Shown: positions 33,101-42,218, counted from the stretch's first letter. The stretch is 64,000 bases of DNA from an uncultured delta proteobacterium (GCA_963727445.1 CAVSGI010000013.1:209316-273315); one strand, 5' to 3'. Notes: generated by a model from the letters alone, not told the origin. Numbers and translations: made by a program.

Positions 33101-35035
33101 ATGCGTGGAACCGGTCGCGGCGGCGGGGGCGCCATGGGCGGGGAGGGTCTGGGACGCGACGCGCGCGATCTCGCCGCGGACAACGGTGTCCTCGGAACGA
33201 TCGGATACGGACAGGGAGCGGGTCGAAACGAAGACGATCGCCGGAACGCCAACGTTCGCGAAGGCCGCGCCGAAGTCCGGGGCTCGCTGGACCGCGCGGT
33301 GATCGGGCGCGTGGTGCGCCGCCATCGCAACGAGATCCGCTTCTGCTACGAGCAGGAGCTGACGCGCCAGCCGAACCTCGGCGACGGCGAGGTGAAGACG
33401 AGCTTCATCATCTCCGCCACCGGCGCTGTGCAGGCCGCGACCGTCGCCGACAGCACGCTGAACAACGCGCGCGTCGAGACCTGCATCTCGCAGGCGGTGC
33501 GCCGCTGGGCGTTTCCCTCGCCGTCGGGCGGCGGCATCGTCGTCGTACAATTCCCCTTCGTCTTCAGCAGCAGCGATGGCGGTGGTGGTGGCGGCGGCGG
33601 TGGTGGCAACGGCGGCGGCGTGGCGGTCCCCGTCATCGCCTTCCACGTCGCGCTCCACCAGGCGCGCCGATGCAGCGACGCTGCCGGCCTGCTCCTCGAC
33701 GATCGCCGCGCCATCTGGAACGAGCGCCTCGGTCAGGCGGGCGGGCCCGCGGGCTGGGTGCGCGTCTACGAAGAAGCGAAGCGCGACTGCGAGACGCCCC
33801 AGCTCCGCGACCGCCGCGCGCTGCTGCGGCTGATCCTGAACCGCGCCGGCGGCGTCGCGCCGATGATCCAGGTCTACCGGCATCTGTCGGACGCGAGCGC
33901 TCGCCTCTACCTGCGCGCCGCGATCCTTCGCCGCGTGCGGAGCCCCGACGACCTGCGCATGGTGCGCGAGGCCTTCGATCTGACGCGCGTCCTCGACGAG
34001 GAGATGATCAAACAGGTGATCGAGCGCGCCACCGACGGGCCAGGCCGCATCCGCGCCATCCGTGGGCTCATCGCGCAGTATCCCTTCAGCTTCGATCTGA
34101 AGCTCCGCCTCCTCGAGGAGCTCGAATCGCAGGGACGCCTCCCCGAGGCCAAGCGCCTCGCGCACGACCTCCGCGCCGATCCCCTCGCGGACCCTGGCGT
34201 GCGCACCGCCGTCGGCGAGATGTACCTTCGCCTCGGCGACGAGAACGAGGCGCGTCGCGTCTTCAGTGAGATCGTCGAGTTCGCGCCCCTCGACGAGCTC
34301 GCGCGGCGGCGCCTCGGCGACCTCTACCGCGCCCACGGCTGGTACGAGGAGGCGTACCGCCAGTACCAGACGCTCGCGGAGATCCGTCCGGACGATCCCG
34401 GCGTGATGCTCTTCCTCGCCCAGGCTGCGGCGGGCGCCGGACGCATCGACGAGGCGCTCCGCCTCGAGCAGCGCGTCGCCGAGACGGCGGAGCCGGGCGA
34501 GAGCTTCGGTGTCGCGCGCGCGGCGATCCTCTGGTCGAGCGTGCGCTTCGCGAAGCTCCGCGAAAAGGCGCGCGAGGAGCACGACGACGAGGCGCTCGAG
34601 TCCCTCGCCGCGCGCATGCGCCGCTCGGGCGTCCTGCGCGAGGCGGGCGACATGCGGGTCACGCTCACCTGGTCCCATCCAGACGCCCAGCTCTCGCTCT
34701 GGGCCGCGCATCCGGGCCTGGGCCTGTCGCGGCCGACGGACATCTCGCCCGAGCACGGCATCGAGGCTTTCGACGTCCTCGAAAAGGAGGACGGCGCCTA
34801 CCGCATCGAGGTCAGACGCGGGCCACCCGAGCACGGGCAGCGCGAGACCGCGCTCGAGGGCCAGCTGGTCGTGGTCTGGAACGAAGGCACACCCGAGGAG
34901 AAGGTGGCGGTCCATGCCATCACCTTCCCGGCGCCCCAGGACGGCCGGAGCCCCGAGCTCGCCCGCGCGTGGGTGATCGAAGGGCGGACGATGAGACCCG
35001 GGACGGCCGAAGGGTGGCCGGAGGGATTGCGATGA
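30191..35035 (+). CDS. giant lipoprotein (~1614 aa): FecR-like - VIT - vWA - TonB_C/AgmX-like - TPR - C-terminal beta domain
   Basis: Start at MRSGWLVVGMALGAILFAACG (lipobox). FecR-like region (VRGEVHV...LITGEDGLARLTLDQGSSLLLGP). VIT region (WPLAIRRLDVRVRVEGDLAITEVDQEFFNP...YRARIYPIAAGETRRIVVRY). vWA region (DVIVVADVSAATD...DGAPTVG). TonB_C-like region (CISQAVRRWAFPSPSGGGIVVVQFPFVFSS). TPR helices. Confidence 0.7.
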   Translation: MRSGWLVVGMALGAILFAACGDDEGTLSQTVATVRPVRGEVHVGDSDARVPRVARIAAGDRLITGEDGLARLTLDQGSSLLLGPGSEASIDAEGVLTLSAGLAFADVLSGDQLEIATERGTVRVADAGASIEVSDVGTGVYVVRGEVAFRAGEARGAVRAGEELKLSAGAPAIAAATLWEDWTGGLARPGPADSDAPEGVGTLEARVPDEIGQARWPLAIRRLDVRVRVEGDLAITEVDQEFFNPASETVEGLYRVRVPRTAVLQRFAVDRNGQLVDGYVREKAQARQAYEAQVYRGSTDDPALLEWDAPGAYRARIYPIAAGETRRIVVRYAEWLARPAPGAPRIYTYPMGGGARAPHVQELAITCDLGHASATSLRAGLGAAIEGTSVELRQSDVRPRADFWLELIDADSPEVLTAERAPHQPPQRAPGSRVITNEADERDYWYLPVVLPESLFGEQQDEGIDVIVVADVSAATDRSHLELGKSVVESLTAHLGPEDRVAIVTSDLTIRSVEGDGAPTLGPASRERLDALLEGLSRVSPGGATDLGAAITAASELLTPERSSAVVYVGDGAPTVGELGAEGLLTRIARLPSPPRLYAVGVGATANLDLLETLTHGGGLALRVEERASAADAALQILAHASRPLAQRVEVDLGDGIDNAFPRRPVDVVRGEVLPVAGRVRDEPPSEITVRGLLRGEPFEEKIRITTEESQDATDLRLRWAGERLRQQLLEGATREEIAELGTRYGLITPFTSYYVPSARELAEMGPAASVLIDKRGLIVEGITERFGMKESPSPEHARAFVPRAALLPLALAACDSDEAPAAAAGGSTPVDTPVASTEGEKPAEQSEEAAADPHMAREEVAPTEPSTGTSMAMPAAPPPTAVPEPETEAAADETAQAQHAPLARRSAHNRYGIEGPEGGSGASGEPDADDAEEAGSFGTNTAAGNDPMSALGALMGDQIDGNAGVGGLGMRGTGRGGGGAMGGEGLGRDARDLAADNGVLGTIGYGQGAGRNEDDRRNANVREGRAEVRGSLDRAVIGRVVRRHRNEIRFCYEQELTRQPNLGDGEVKTSFIISATGAVQAATVADSTLNNARVETCISQAVRRWAFPSPSGGGIVVVQFPFVFSSSDGGGGGGGGGGNGGGVAVPVIAFHVALHQARRCSDAAGLLLDDRRAIWNERLGQAGGPAGWVRVYEEAKRDCETPQLRDRRALLRLILNRAGGVAPMIQVYRHLSDASARLYLRAAILRRVRSPDDLRMVREAFDLTRVLDEEMIKQVIERATDGPGRIRAIRGLIAQYPFSFDLKLRLLEELESQGRLPEAKRLAHDLRADPLADPGVRTAVGEMYLRLGDENEARRVFSEIVEFAPLDELARRRLGDLYRAHGWYEEAYRQYQTLAEIRPDDPGVMLFLAQAAAGAGRIDEALRLEQRVAETAEPGESFGVARAAILWSSVRFAKLREKAREEHDDEALESLAARMRRSGVLREAGDMRVTLTWSHPDAQLSLWAAHPGLGLSRPTDISPEHGIEAFDVLEKEDGAYRIEVRRGPPEHGQRETALEGQLVVVWNEGTPEEKVAVHAITFPAPQDGRSPELARAWVIEGRTMRPGTAEGWPEGLR

Positions 35036-38000
35036 AGCGCCCGATGATCCTGATCGCGCCCGTCGTGGGCGCCCTCCTCAGCCTCACCCTCGCCGCCTGC
35101 GGCGACGACGACCTCGCGCCCGCCCCCACCGTGGCCCTCGCCGAGGTGATCCGCGGCGATTTCGCACTCGAGCGCGAGGGGCACGTCACGAAGGTGCGCG
35201 GACCCGAGCGCGTCGAAGAGGCGTCGACGGTGCGCACGGGCGCCGACGGGCGCGGCTTCCTTTCGCTCGACTCGGGCGCGTGGGTGCTCCTCGACCGCGA
35301 CAGCGCCCTCGTGCCCTCCCTCGAAGGGCTCACGCTGAGCGGTGGCCGCGCGTGGGTGGACGCCGGTTCGGCCGACGCGATCACGGTGGACACCGGCGCG
35401 GGCGAAGTGCGCGCGACCGGCGCGACCTTCGCGGTCGAAAAGGCCGAGGGCGGCGCGCGCATCTACTGCGGCAGCGGCGAGGTCACCTATCAGAGCGACG
35501 AAGGCGAAGGACGACTCGCCCAGGGCGAGACCCTCGTCCTCGGCGACGGAGCGCCCCGGGTAGAGACGCCGCTCTGGGACGACTGGACCGGCGGGCTCGC
35601 CGATCCGACACGCGACGCGGAGATCGGGCCGTCTCACATCGGCGTCCTTCGCGGGCGACGTCTCGACCAGCTCGGTCAGGCGCGGACGCCGCTGCCGATC
35701 CGGGGGCACGAGGTGAACGCCGTGCTCCGCGGCGACCTCGCCGAGACCACGGTCGTTCAGACCTTCTTCAACGCGCGGAGCGACATCCTCGAAGCGGAGT
35801 ACGCGGTGCGTATCCCCGAAGGCGCCGTGGTGCAGGGTTTCGAGGTGGACACCGGCGGGGGCTTCGTGTCGAGCGTCGCCCTGCCGATGCAGACCACGGA
35901 CGGCTACGGCATCAACTGGGGCTCCCCGACGCTCGCTTCGAGCCGGCTGAGCTGGGACGGCCCGGGGCGCCTGCGCGCGCGCATCAACCCCGTCTCGCCA
36001 GGAGCGACGGTCCGCGTGAAGCTCCGCTACACCGAGTGGATGGACCGGCGCGGCGCGATGCGCACCTGGGTCTACCCGATGCAGACAAGCGAAGGCGCGC
36101 CGCAGATCGGGGAGTTCGTCCTCGAGGTGGACGCCTCCGGGGCACAGGCCCGCGCCTATCGCGCGGGCATGGGGGCGACGGTCAGCGGCGGGCACATCGT
36201 GCTGCGCAGGAGCGACTTCCGCCCGCACGCCGACTTCTATCTCGACCTCGTCGACGCCGAGCCGCCGAAGTCCGACCAGGCGAAGCTCTATCTCGCCAAC
36301 GCGGCGGCGAGCGACGACCCGCTCGAAGAGGACGAGCGCTACGTGCTCGTGGATGTGCCCACCGAGGGGATCGCCGACAGCGATGACGAAACGGCCGAGC
36401 ACCCCCTCGAGCTGGTGATCGTGGTGGACGTGAGCGGCGCGACCGACGACGAGGATCTCGAGCTCTCGCAGAGCATCGTGGAGGGCGTGCTGCGCCAGCT
36501 CGCACCCACCGACCGCGTCACGCTGCGCCTCGGCGACGTGCGCGCCCGCGTTCCCGAAGGCATCCCCGCCGAGCCCGCGGAGGCGACGCCAGAGACCCGA
36601 GAAGCGCTCACCGACGCCCTCGCGCACGCCGACCTCGGCGGCGCGACCGATCTGGCGACCGTGCTCCGCGAAGCCGCGCGTGCGGTGGCGGGGCGGCCCC
36701 GGGGCGCGGTGCTCTATCTCGGCGACGCCATCCCGACCACCGGTCCCCTCGACGCGTCCGCCATCGGCGAGGTGCTGGCCTCGGTCGACGCCCCGCCGCG
36801 TTTCTTCGGCCTCGCGGTTGGCGACGGCGCGAACCTGGGCCTTCTGCGCGCACTCTTCGGGGAGGAGTCGCAGCTCGTCGCGGAGCGCACCGAGGCGTCG
36901 CGGGCGGTGATGGGCATCCTCGCCGAGGCCGCGCGGCCGACGCTTCGCGGCGTGAGCGTCGCGATGGGCGAGGGCATCGAGCGCGTCTACCCACGGCCGC
37001 CGATCACCGTCGCCGACCGATCGCACATCCGCTTCGTCGGCCGGCTCGTCGGAGAGGTCCCCACACGCATCACCCTGAGCGGCAGCCGCGACGGAGAAGC
37101 GTTCTCGAAGTCCTACCAGGTCGGGCAGCGGGACATCGTCGACGGGGGCGACATCGCGAAGCGCTGGGCCAACGAGCGGCTGAGGCAGCTCATGGACGAG
37201 AGCGCGGGCCGCGAGGCGCTGGTCGAGCTGGGCATGCGCTTTTCGCTGCTGTCGCCCTGGACCTCGCTGGTGGTGGGCGGGAGCTACGGCACCACCTACG
37301 TGCCGATCGAGGGGTTCGATCACGACCCGATGCGCCATCCCTTCTGGCTGGGCGGCGGCGGCGGCGGTCTGACCATCGACAGCCTCGAAGGACAGAGCGG
37401 TTGGCGCCGCCGCGCGCGCACGGAGGTCGAGCCGCCGGTCACCGCACCGGAAGAGACCTGGGTGCGCCGTGTGAGCGCGGACGACGAGGACGCGAGCGCG
37501 AGCGGCGACGGAGGGCTCGCCGAAGCCGCCGTCGGGCGCGCGCTCTCCCTCGGCACCCGCGGACCGCGCGGGTGCTACGAGCGCAAGCTGACGGTGCGTC
37601 CCGATCTGTCTGGCGACGTCACGGTGGAGGTGCGTGTCGACGGAGAAGGCAAGGTGGGCGAGGCCCGCGTGGTGGGCTCGACGCTGTCGGCCGCCGACGT
37701 CGACGACTGCATCCTCACGGAGGTGCGGGGGATCCGCTTCCCGGCGACCGGTGCTTCGACGGCGGTCCAGGTCACCCACGTCTACACCTTCGCCATGCCG
37801 AGCCGCGCCTTCGGCGAGCGCCGCCAGTGCAGCGACGCTTCGTATCAGGAGCTCGAGGTGCGGCGCCAGCTCTGGCACGAGCGCCTCGCTTCGAGCGCCG
37901 GCGTGTCGGGTGCGCTCCAGGTCTACCGCGAGGCGTCGCGCTGGTGCGAGCTCCGCGGATGGCGCGCACGGCGGACGCTGCTCTCGATGATGCTCCAGAG

Positions 38001-39168
38001 CGTCGGCGGCGTCGCGCAGCAGGTGCAGCTCTACCGCGCCTTCGGCGCCGACTCGTCGGTCGCCGGCTATCTGCGCCGCGCGATCCTCCGCCACGTGCGC
38101 ACCCCGGCCGACGTGATGGCGGTGCGCGCGGGGCTCGGCCTCGACGTGCCTGTCGACTGGCGCGTCTTCAGCAGGCTCTGGAAGGCGAATCACGATCCGG
38201 AAGCGCGCCTCCGGCTCGTGCGCACCTGGCTCGAGGTGGTGCCGGACGAGATGGACCTGCGACTGCGACTGCTGGCGCTCCTCGAAGAGACGGGCAAGCT
38301 CCCGGAGGCGCGCCGCCTCGCCCGCGAGCTTCGGGCCTGGCCGCTGGCCGACGCGCGAGTGCGCACGCAGGTGGGCGAGTTCTGGCTTCGCCAGGACGAC
38401 GTCGAGGAGGCACGCCGCGTCTTCAGCGAGATCGTCGAAAACGCGCCGCTCGATCCGTGGGCGCGGCGCCGACTCGGCGACCTCTATCGCAGCCACGGCT
38501 GGTACGACGACGCCTATCGCGAGTATCAGACGCTCGCGCGCCTGCGTCCCGACGAGGACTCGGTGCTCCTCGACCTCGCGCGGGCGGCGGCGGGCGCCGG
38601 CCGCATCGATGAGGCGCTTCGCTTGGAGCAGCGCCTGTCGGAGACGGCGGACGCAGACGCCAAGGACGGGGTCGCCGAGCTCGCGCGCCTCTGGACCGAG
38701 GTGCGTTTCGCCCGGCTGAAGAGCGAAGAGCTCGACGAGGCGACCGCCGCGGCCCTCAGGCGTCGCATCCGCCAGTCGGGGGCGCTGCGCGAGCCGCCGG
38801 CGATCTTCGTGGCCCTCACCTGGCCGCACCCCGACGATCGGCCCGAGCTCTTCCTTCATTTCCCCGAGAGCGCGATCACCAGCGAGAGGGAGGACGGCTA
38901 CTGGGAGCCCGCCGAGGTCACCGGCACGCTCCAGGGCATCAGCGCGAGTCACATCCGCGAGCTCGAAGGGGGCGACTACCTCCTCGAGGTGCGCCGCGAA
39001 GAAGAGGACGAGCTGCGCGACCTCGAGGCTCAGCTCCTGGTCGTCGTCGCCCCCGCCACCCCCGAGGAGCGCATCCTGCGCGCCGACGTGCGCCTCTCGC
39101 GCGAAGCGCGAAAGGCGCGTTTCGCGCTGAACGGCGACACCCTGCAGACGACGACCGTGAGCGACTGA
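35032..39168 (+). CDS. giant lipoprotein paralog (~1378 aa) with the same FecR-like - VIT - vWA - TonB_C-like - TPR architecture
   Basis: Start at MKRPMILIAPVVGALLSLTLAACG, overlapping the upstream stop (ATGA). Collinear with the upstream gene and clearly paralogous (e.g. LGQARTPLPIRGHEVNAVLRGDLAETTVVQTFFN; LVIVVDVSGATDD; CILTEVRGIRFPATGASTAVQVTHVYTF; RRLGDLYRSHGWYDDAYREYQTLA). Confidence 0.7.
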   Translation: MKRPMILIAPVVGALLSLTLAACGDDDLAPAPTVALAEVIRGDFALEREGHVTKVRGPERVEEASTVRTGADGRGFLSLDSGAWVLLDRDSALVPSLEGLTLSGGRAWVDAGSADAITVDTGAGEVRATGATFAVEKAEGGARIYCGSGEVTYQSDEGEGRLAQGETLVLGDGAPRVETPLWDDWTGGLADPTRDAEIGPSHIGVLRGRRLDQLGQARTPLPIRGHEVNAVLRGDLAETTVVQTFFNARSDILEAEYAVRIPEGAVVQGFEVDTGGGFVSSVALPMQTTDGYGINWGSPTLASSRLSWDGPGRLRARINPVSPGATVRVKLRYTEWMDRRGAMRTWVYPMQTSEGAPQIGEFVLEVDASGAQARAYRAGMGATVSGGHIVLRRSDFRPHADFYLDLVDAEPPKSDQAKLYLANAAASDDPLEEDERYVLVDVPTEGIADSDDETAEHPLELVIVVDVSGATDDEDLELSQSIVEGVLRQLAPTDRVTLRLGDVRARVPEGIPAEPAEATPETREALTDALAHADLGGATDLATVLREAARAVAGRPRGAVLYLGDAIPTTGPLDASAIGEVLASVDAPPRFFGLAVGDGANLGLLRALFGEESQLVAERTEASRAVMGILAEAARPTLRGVSVAMGEGIERVYPRPPITVADRSHIRFVGRLVGEVPTRITLSGSRDGEAFSKSYQVGQRDIVDGGDIAKRWANERLRQLMDESAGREALVELGMRFSLLSPWTSLVVGGSYGTTYVPIEGFDHDPMRHPFWLGGGGGGLTIDSLEGQSGWRRRARTEVEPPVTAPEETWVRRVSADDEDASASGDGGLAEAAVGRALSLGTRGPRGCYERKLTVRPDLSGDVTVEVRVDGEGKVGEARVVGSTLSAADVDDCILTEVRGIRFPATGASTAVQVTHVYTFAMPSRAFGERRQCSDASYQELEVRRQLWHERLASSAGVSGALQVYREASRWCELRGWRARRTLLSMMLQSVGGVAQQVQLYRAFGADSSVAGYLRRAILRHVRTPADVMAVRAGLGLDVPVDWRVFSRLWKANHDPEARLRLVRTWLEVVPDEMDLRLRLLALLEETGKLPEARRLARELRAWPLADARVRTQVGEFWLRQDDVEEARRVFSEIVENAPLDPWARRRLGDLYRSHGWYDDAYREYQTLARLRPDEDSVLLDLARAAAGAGRIDEALRLEQRLSETADADAKDGVAELARLWTEVRFARLKSEELDEATAAALRRRIRQSGALREPPAIFVALTWPHPDDRPELFLHFPESAITSEREDGYWEPAEVTGTLQGISASHIRELEGGDYLLEVRREEEDELRDLEAQLLVVVAPATPEERILRADVRLSREARKARFALNGDTLQTTTVSD

Positions 39169-39204
39169 GAGCACATCTCGAAGTTGTGCTCTACCCTGGG
39201 CGCC

Positions 39205-39750
39205 ATGGCCCTCGGCTCCACGGTCTACCGCTTCGCCATCGAGCTCTCGGACGTCGACCGCGGCGTCTACGAGTCCCTCGACCTGCGTGTCGCGCAGCAC
39301 CCGTCGGAGAGCGTACGGCGCATGACCGCGCGGGTGCTCGCCTACGCCCTGCGCTACGAAGAGGGCATCGCGTTCGGCCGCGGCCTGTCCACCGCCGAAG
39401 ACCCCGCGCTCTGGGTCAAGGACCTGCGCGGCGACGTGAATGCGTGGATCGAGGTCGGCCTGCCCGCACCGGAGCGCCTCCACCGCGCCTCGAAGACCGG
39501 CGCGCGCGTCTACGTCTACACCCACAAGGACCCGACCCCGTGGCTCGCCACCCTTGCAGGCGCGAAGATCCACGCCCGCGAGCAGATCGAGGTCTACAGC
39601 CTCCCCCCAGCGCTCCTCGACGCCCTCGAGACGCGCATCGGCCGCAACGTCACCTGGGGCGTCACCCTCACCGACGGCCACCTCTACATCCAAGACGGCG
39701 ACGACACCCTCGAGGGGACACCGGTGCGGCATCTGCTCGACCAGGCTTGA
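39205..39750 (+). CDS. yaeQ: YaeQ family protein
   Basis: MALGSTVYRFAIELSDVDRGVYESLDLRVAQHPSESVRRMTARVLAYAL matches the conserved YaeQ N-terminus (TiYKa.l.iaDmDRhvYe.l.ltvArHPSE); length about 181 aa. Confidence 0.75.
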   Translation: MALGSTVYRFAIELSDVDRGVYESLDLRVAQHPSESVRRMTARVLAYALRYEEGIAFGRGLSTAEDPALWVKDLRGDVNAWIEVGLPAPERLHRASKTGARVYVYTHKDPTPWLATLAGAKIHAREQIEVYSLPPALLDALETRIGRNVTWGVTLTDGHLYIQDGDDTLEGTPVRHLLDQA

Positions 39751-39893
39751 AGACGGCGTCAGCGCGTCGCGAGATGAGAAGCTACCGTCCGGGTGACGAC
39801 GGAGCGGCGAGCACGACTCCTGGTGCTACGGGCTCACCTGGCGCTTTGCTCGGGAGACGCGAGACACCACGAGGTGATACGATCACGTGGCGG

Positions 39894-41456
39894 ATGCGGT
39901 TCCTTCTCTTCGCCTCGATTCTGTCGTTCTCGGGATGCGGGAGCGACACCCAGCTCGAGCTCTTCGTCGATGTGCAGACGGCGCTTTCGCCGGGGAGCGA
40001 GTTCGATCTGGTGATGACGGAGATCTTCGCGGACGCAACGCCCGAGGCCGTGAGGCGCGTGGAGGTCTCCGCAGTGATGGGAGACGATTTCACCACGGGA
40101 CATCGCGCGGCCGAGTTCTCGGAGCTCGACCCGGGTCAGTACACGGTGCGTGCGACGCTGATGCTCCGCGGCTCCGAGGTCGCAAACCGCTCGGTGCTGG
40201 TCGCACTCGACTCCACGCGCGCGGTGACCATCGCGATCGGCGTGATGTGCAGCGGCGCCGGATGCCCTGACGGCGGCGTCGATGGCGGCGGCCTCGACGC
40301 AGGAATGGACGCCGACACCGCCATGCCGGACGCGTCGATCATGGACGCACCGCCCACGGATGCAGACACCTCGGCATCGGACGGAGGCGACGCTGACGCC
40401 CCGGACGGCAGCGCCTCGCCGTGGGGCTTCCGCAAGACGCTGACGATCGCCGACGGCATGCCGCGCGGAACGCTGAACGACTTTCCCGTCCTCGTGAGCA
40501 CGACCGATGCAGACCTCCGTTCAGTTTCCATGGGCGGCCGCGTCGCGCATTCGAGCGGTTACGACATCGTCTTCCGCGACGGTGACGAGATGCTCCCGCA
40601 CGAGATCGAGCGCTACGATCCCGCGACCGGCGAGCTGGTCGCGTGGGTCACCCTCCCCGTCCTGTCGTCCACCGGGAAGACGTTTCACATCTACTTCGGC
40701 AACCCCGCGATCAGCGCACCCACGATGAATCGGGCCGACGTGTGGCGTGCGGGCTTCGTGGGCGTCTGGCACATGGGTGAGGACGCGTGGACCGGCGCCC
40801 CCGGTGAAGTGCGCGACTCCACCGGCACCAACCCCGGGCGTGCGCTCGGTGGTTCGACCACCGTTCCGACGGGCAAGATCGGAAACGCCGGCACCTTCGG
40901 CGCCGACTCGTCGAACGTCGACGTCGGGATGAGCACCACCCTTCGACCGACCTCGATCACCGTGTCGGTGTGGGCCAACCCGGGGTCGGTCGGCTCAGTC
41001 CCCGACCGACACCCCTACATGCTCTGGCAGGACCTCTGGCGCTCCACGGGCTCGAATCCGCGCGGCTACTACATCGAGATCTACCGCACTCAGAGCGACC
41101 CGCGACCGACTTTCTACACGGCCAACGGAACGGAGATGGCGCACGCCTTCGCGACGACCCCCGTGGTGAACGGCACCTGGTACCACGTGGTCGGCACCCG
41201 CGACGAAGTCAGCGGCGTCACCCGCATCTACGTCGACGGAATCCAAGAAGGCTCGGCCAGCATGACCGGCGGCATCGCCTATCAGCCGAACGCGGTCCTC
41301 GTGGGCGGCACCGGGAGTCAGACCTGGGACGGGCTTCTGGACGAGGTACGAGTCGCCAACGTCCCCCGCTCCCCGGAGTGGATCTACACCGAATACGTCA
41401 ACCAGCTGTCCCCTGGCTCCTTCGTCGTCTTCGGCAGCCTCGAGACGCTTCCCTGA
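39894..41456 (+). CDS. DUF2341 + LamG/ConA-like (Laminin_G_3) domain lipoprotein
   Basis: Start at MRFLLFASILSFSGCG; Asp/Ala-rich acidic linker; DUF2341-like block (WGFRKTLTIADG...GYDIVF...TGELVAWVTLP...TFHIYFGNP); C-terminal LamG-like jelly roll (TWYHVVGTRDEVSGVTRIYVDGIQEG). Confidence 0.6.
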   Translation: MRFLLFASILSFSGCGSDTQLELFVDVQTALSPGSEFDLVMTEIFADATPEAVRRVEVSAVMGDDFTTGHRAAEFSELDPGQYTVRATLMLRGSEVANRSVLVALDSTRAVTIAIGVMCSGAGCPDGGVDGGGLDAGMDADTAMPDASIMDAPPTDADTSASDGGDADAPDGSASPWGFRKTLTIADGMPRGTLNDFPVLVSTTDADLRSVSMGGRVAHSSGYDIVFRDGDEMLPHEIERYDPATGELVAWVTLPVLSSTGKTFHIYFGNPAISAPTMNRADVWRAGFVGVWHMGEDAWTGAPGEVRDSTGTNPGRALGGSTTVPTGKIGNAGTFGADSSNVDVGMSTTLRPTSITVSVWANPGSVGSVPDRHPYMLWQDLWRSTGSNPRGYYIEIYRTQSDPRPTFYTANGTEMAHAFATTPVVNGTWYHVVGTRDEVSGVTRIYVDGIQEGSASMTGGIAYQPNAVLVGGTGSQTWDGLLDEVRVANVPRSPEWIYTEYVNQLSPGSFVVFGSLETLP

Positions 41457-41564
41457 ATCCTCTCCCGGGCGCGGCGGCGACGGTCGTCACGCGCCATGTA
41501 ACGGCCCTCACCAGGCGCAAACCCGGGGCCAAAGGCGCCTCCTCTTGACAGGCACCGCTCATTG

Positions 41565-41583
41565 ATGTCACAAGGTATGACAT
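41565..41583. promoter_or_regulatory. candidate TetR operator: inverted repeat ATGTCA-N7-TGACAT upstream of the tetR-family gene (a TTGACA -35-like hexamer lies at about 41545-41550)
   Basis: Palindrome seen directly in the sequence; a further TGACAT copy overlaps the TetR start codon (ctgacATGagc). Confidence 0.3.
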
Positions 41584-41601
41584 GAATTCAGCAGAGCTGA
41601 C

Positions 41602-42216
41602 ATGAGCCCTCGGGCCTACAGCAGCAAGCTCCGGGAGGAGCAGGCCGAGCAGACCCGCGAGCGCATCGTCGAGGCGCTCTTCGAGCAGGTTCTGGACACC
41701 CAGCGGAACGACTTCTCCATCGCCGACGTGGCGAAGCGGGCCGGCGTCTCGGAGCGGACCGTGTACCGGTACTTTCCGACGCGAGAGGATCTGGTCGGCG
41801 CGGTCGACGAGCGCTTCAACGACATCGAGGAGCAGCCGAAACCGCCACGGTCGGTCTCGGACTTTCCCCGGCACGTAGCCGAGCTCTACGAATGGTTCGG
41901 GAACAACGAGCAGCTGGTCGAAGCAGCGCACGTCGCGGGCATCGGGCGCGAGCTGCACCTGCGCGCGCGCGCGCGCCGGGGCGAAAAGGCGCGCCGGGTG
42001 ATGGATCGTCTCTTCAAGCCGCTCCCGAAGCGCGAGCGGAAGATCCTCTTCGCGGTGGTTCGCACCATGTTCGGCTCCGCCATCTGGCGCGCCATGCGTG
42101 AAGAAGGCGGGCTCACCAACGAAGAAGCGGCCGAAGCGGCCCAGTGGGTCGCGAGCCTGATCGCGAAGGACATCGCGCGTCGTCTGAAGGCGGCGAAGCA
42201 AGCCGAGGAGGGGTGA
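41602..42216 (+). CDS. TetR/AcrR family transcriptional regulator
   Basis: N-terminal HTH (FSIADVAKRAGVSERTVYRYFPTREDL) and an all-helical ligand-binding domain; 204 aa. Confidence 0.85.
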   Translation: MSPRAYSSKLREEQAEQTRERIVEALFEQVLDTQRNDFSIADVAKRAGVSERTVYRYFPTREDLVGAVDERFNDIEEQPKPPRSVSDFPRHVAELYEWFGNNEQLVEAAHVAGIGRELHLRARARRGEKARRVMDRLFKPLPKRERKILFAVVRTMFGSAIWRAMREEGGLTNEEAAEAAQWVASLIAKDIARRLKAAKQAEEG

Positions 42217-42218
42217 CG

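Noticed and set aside
32639-34915. 758-aa minus-strand ORF
   Set aside because: Antisense to the 30191..35035 gene; same reasoning.
34798-39732. 1644-aa ORF on the minus strand
   Set aside because: Antisense shadow of the 35032..39168 giant lipoprotein gene. Arg/Ala/Gly/Pro-rich translation typical of out-of-frame GC-rich DNA, with no domains. The plus-strand product has coherent domain architecture.
41398-42201. 267-aa minus-strand ORF
   Set aside because: Entirely antisense to the well-supported TetR gene and the end of the LamG lipoprotein gene; composition-only ORF.
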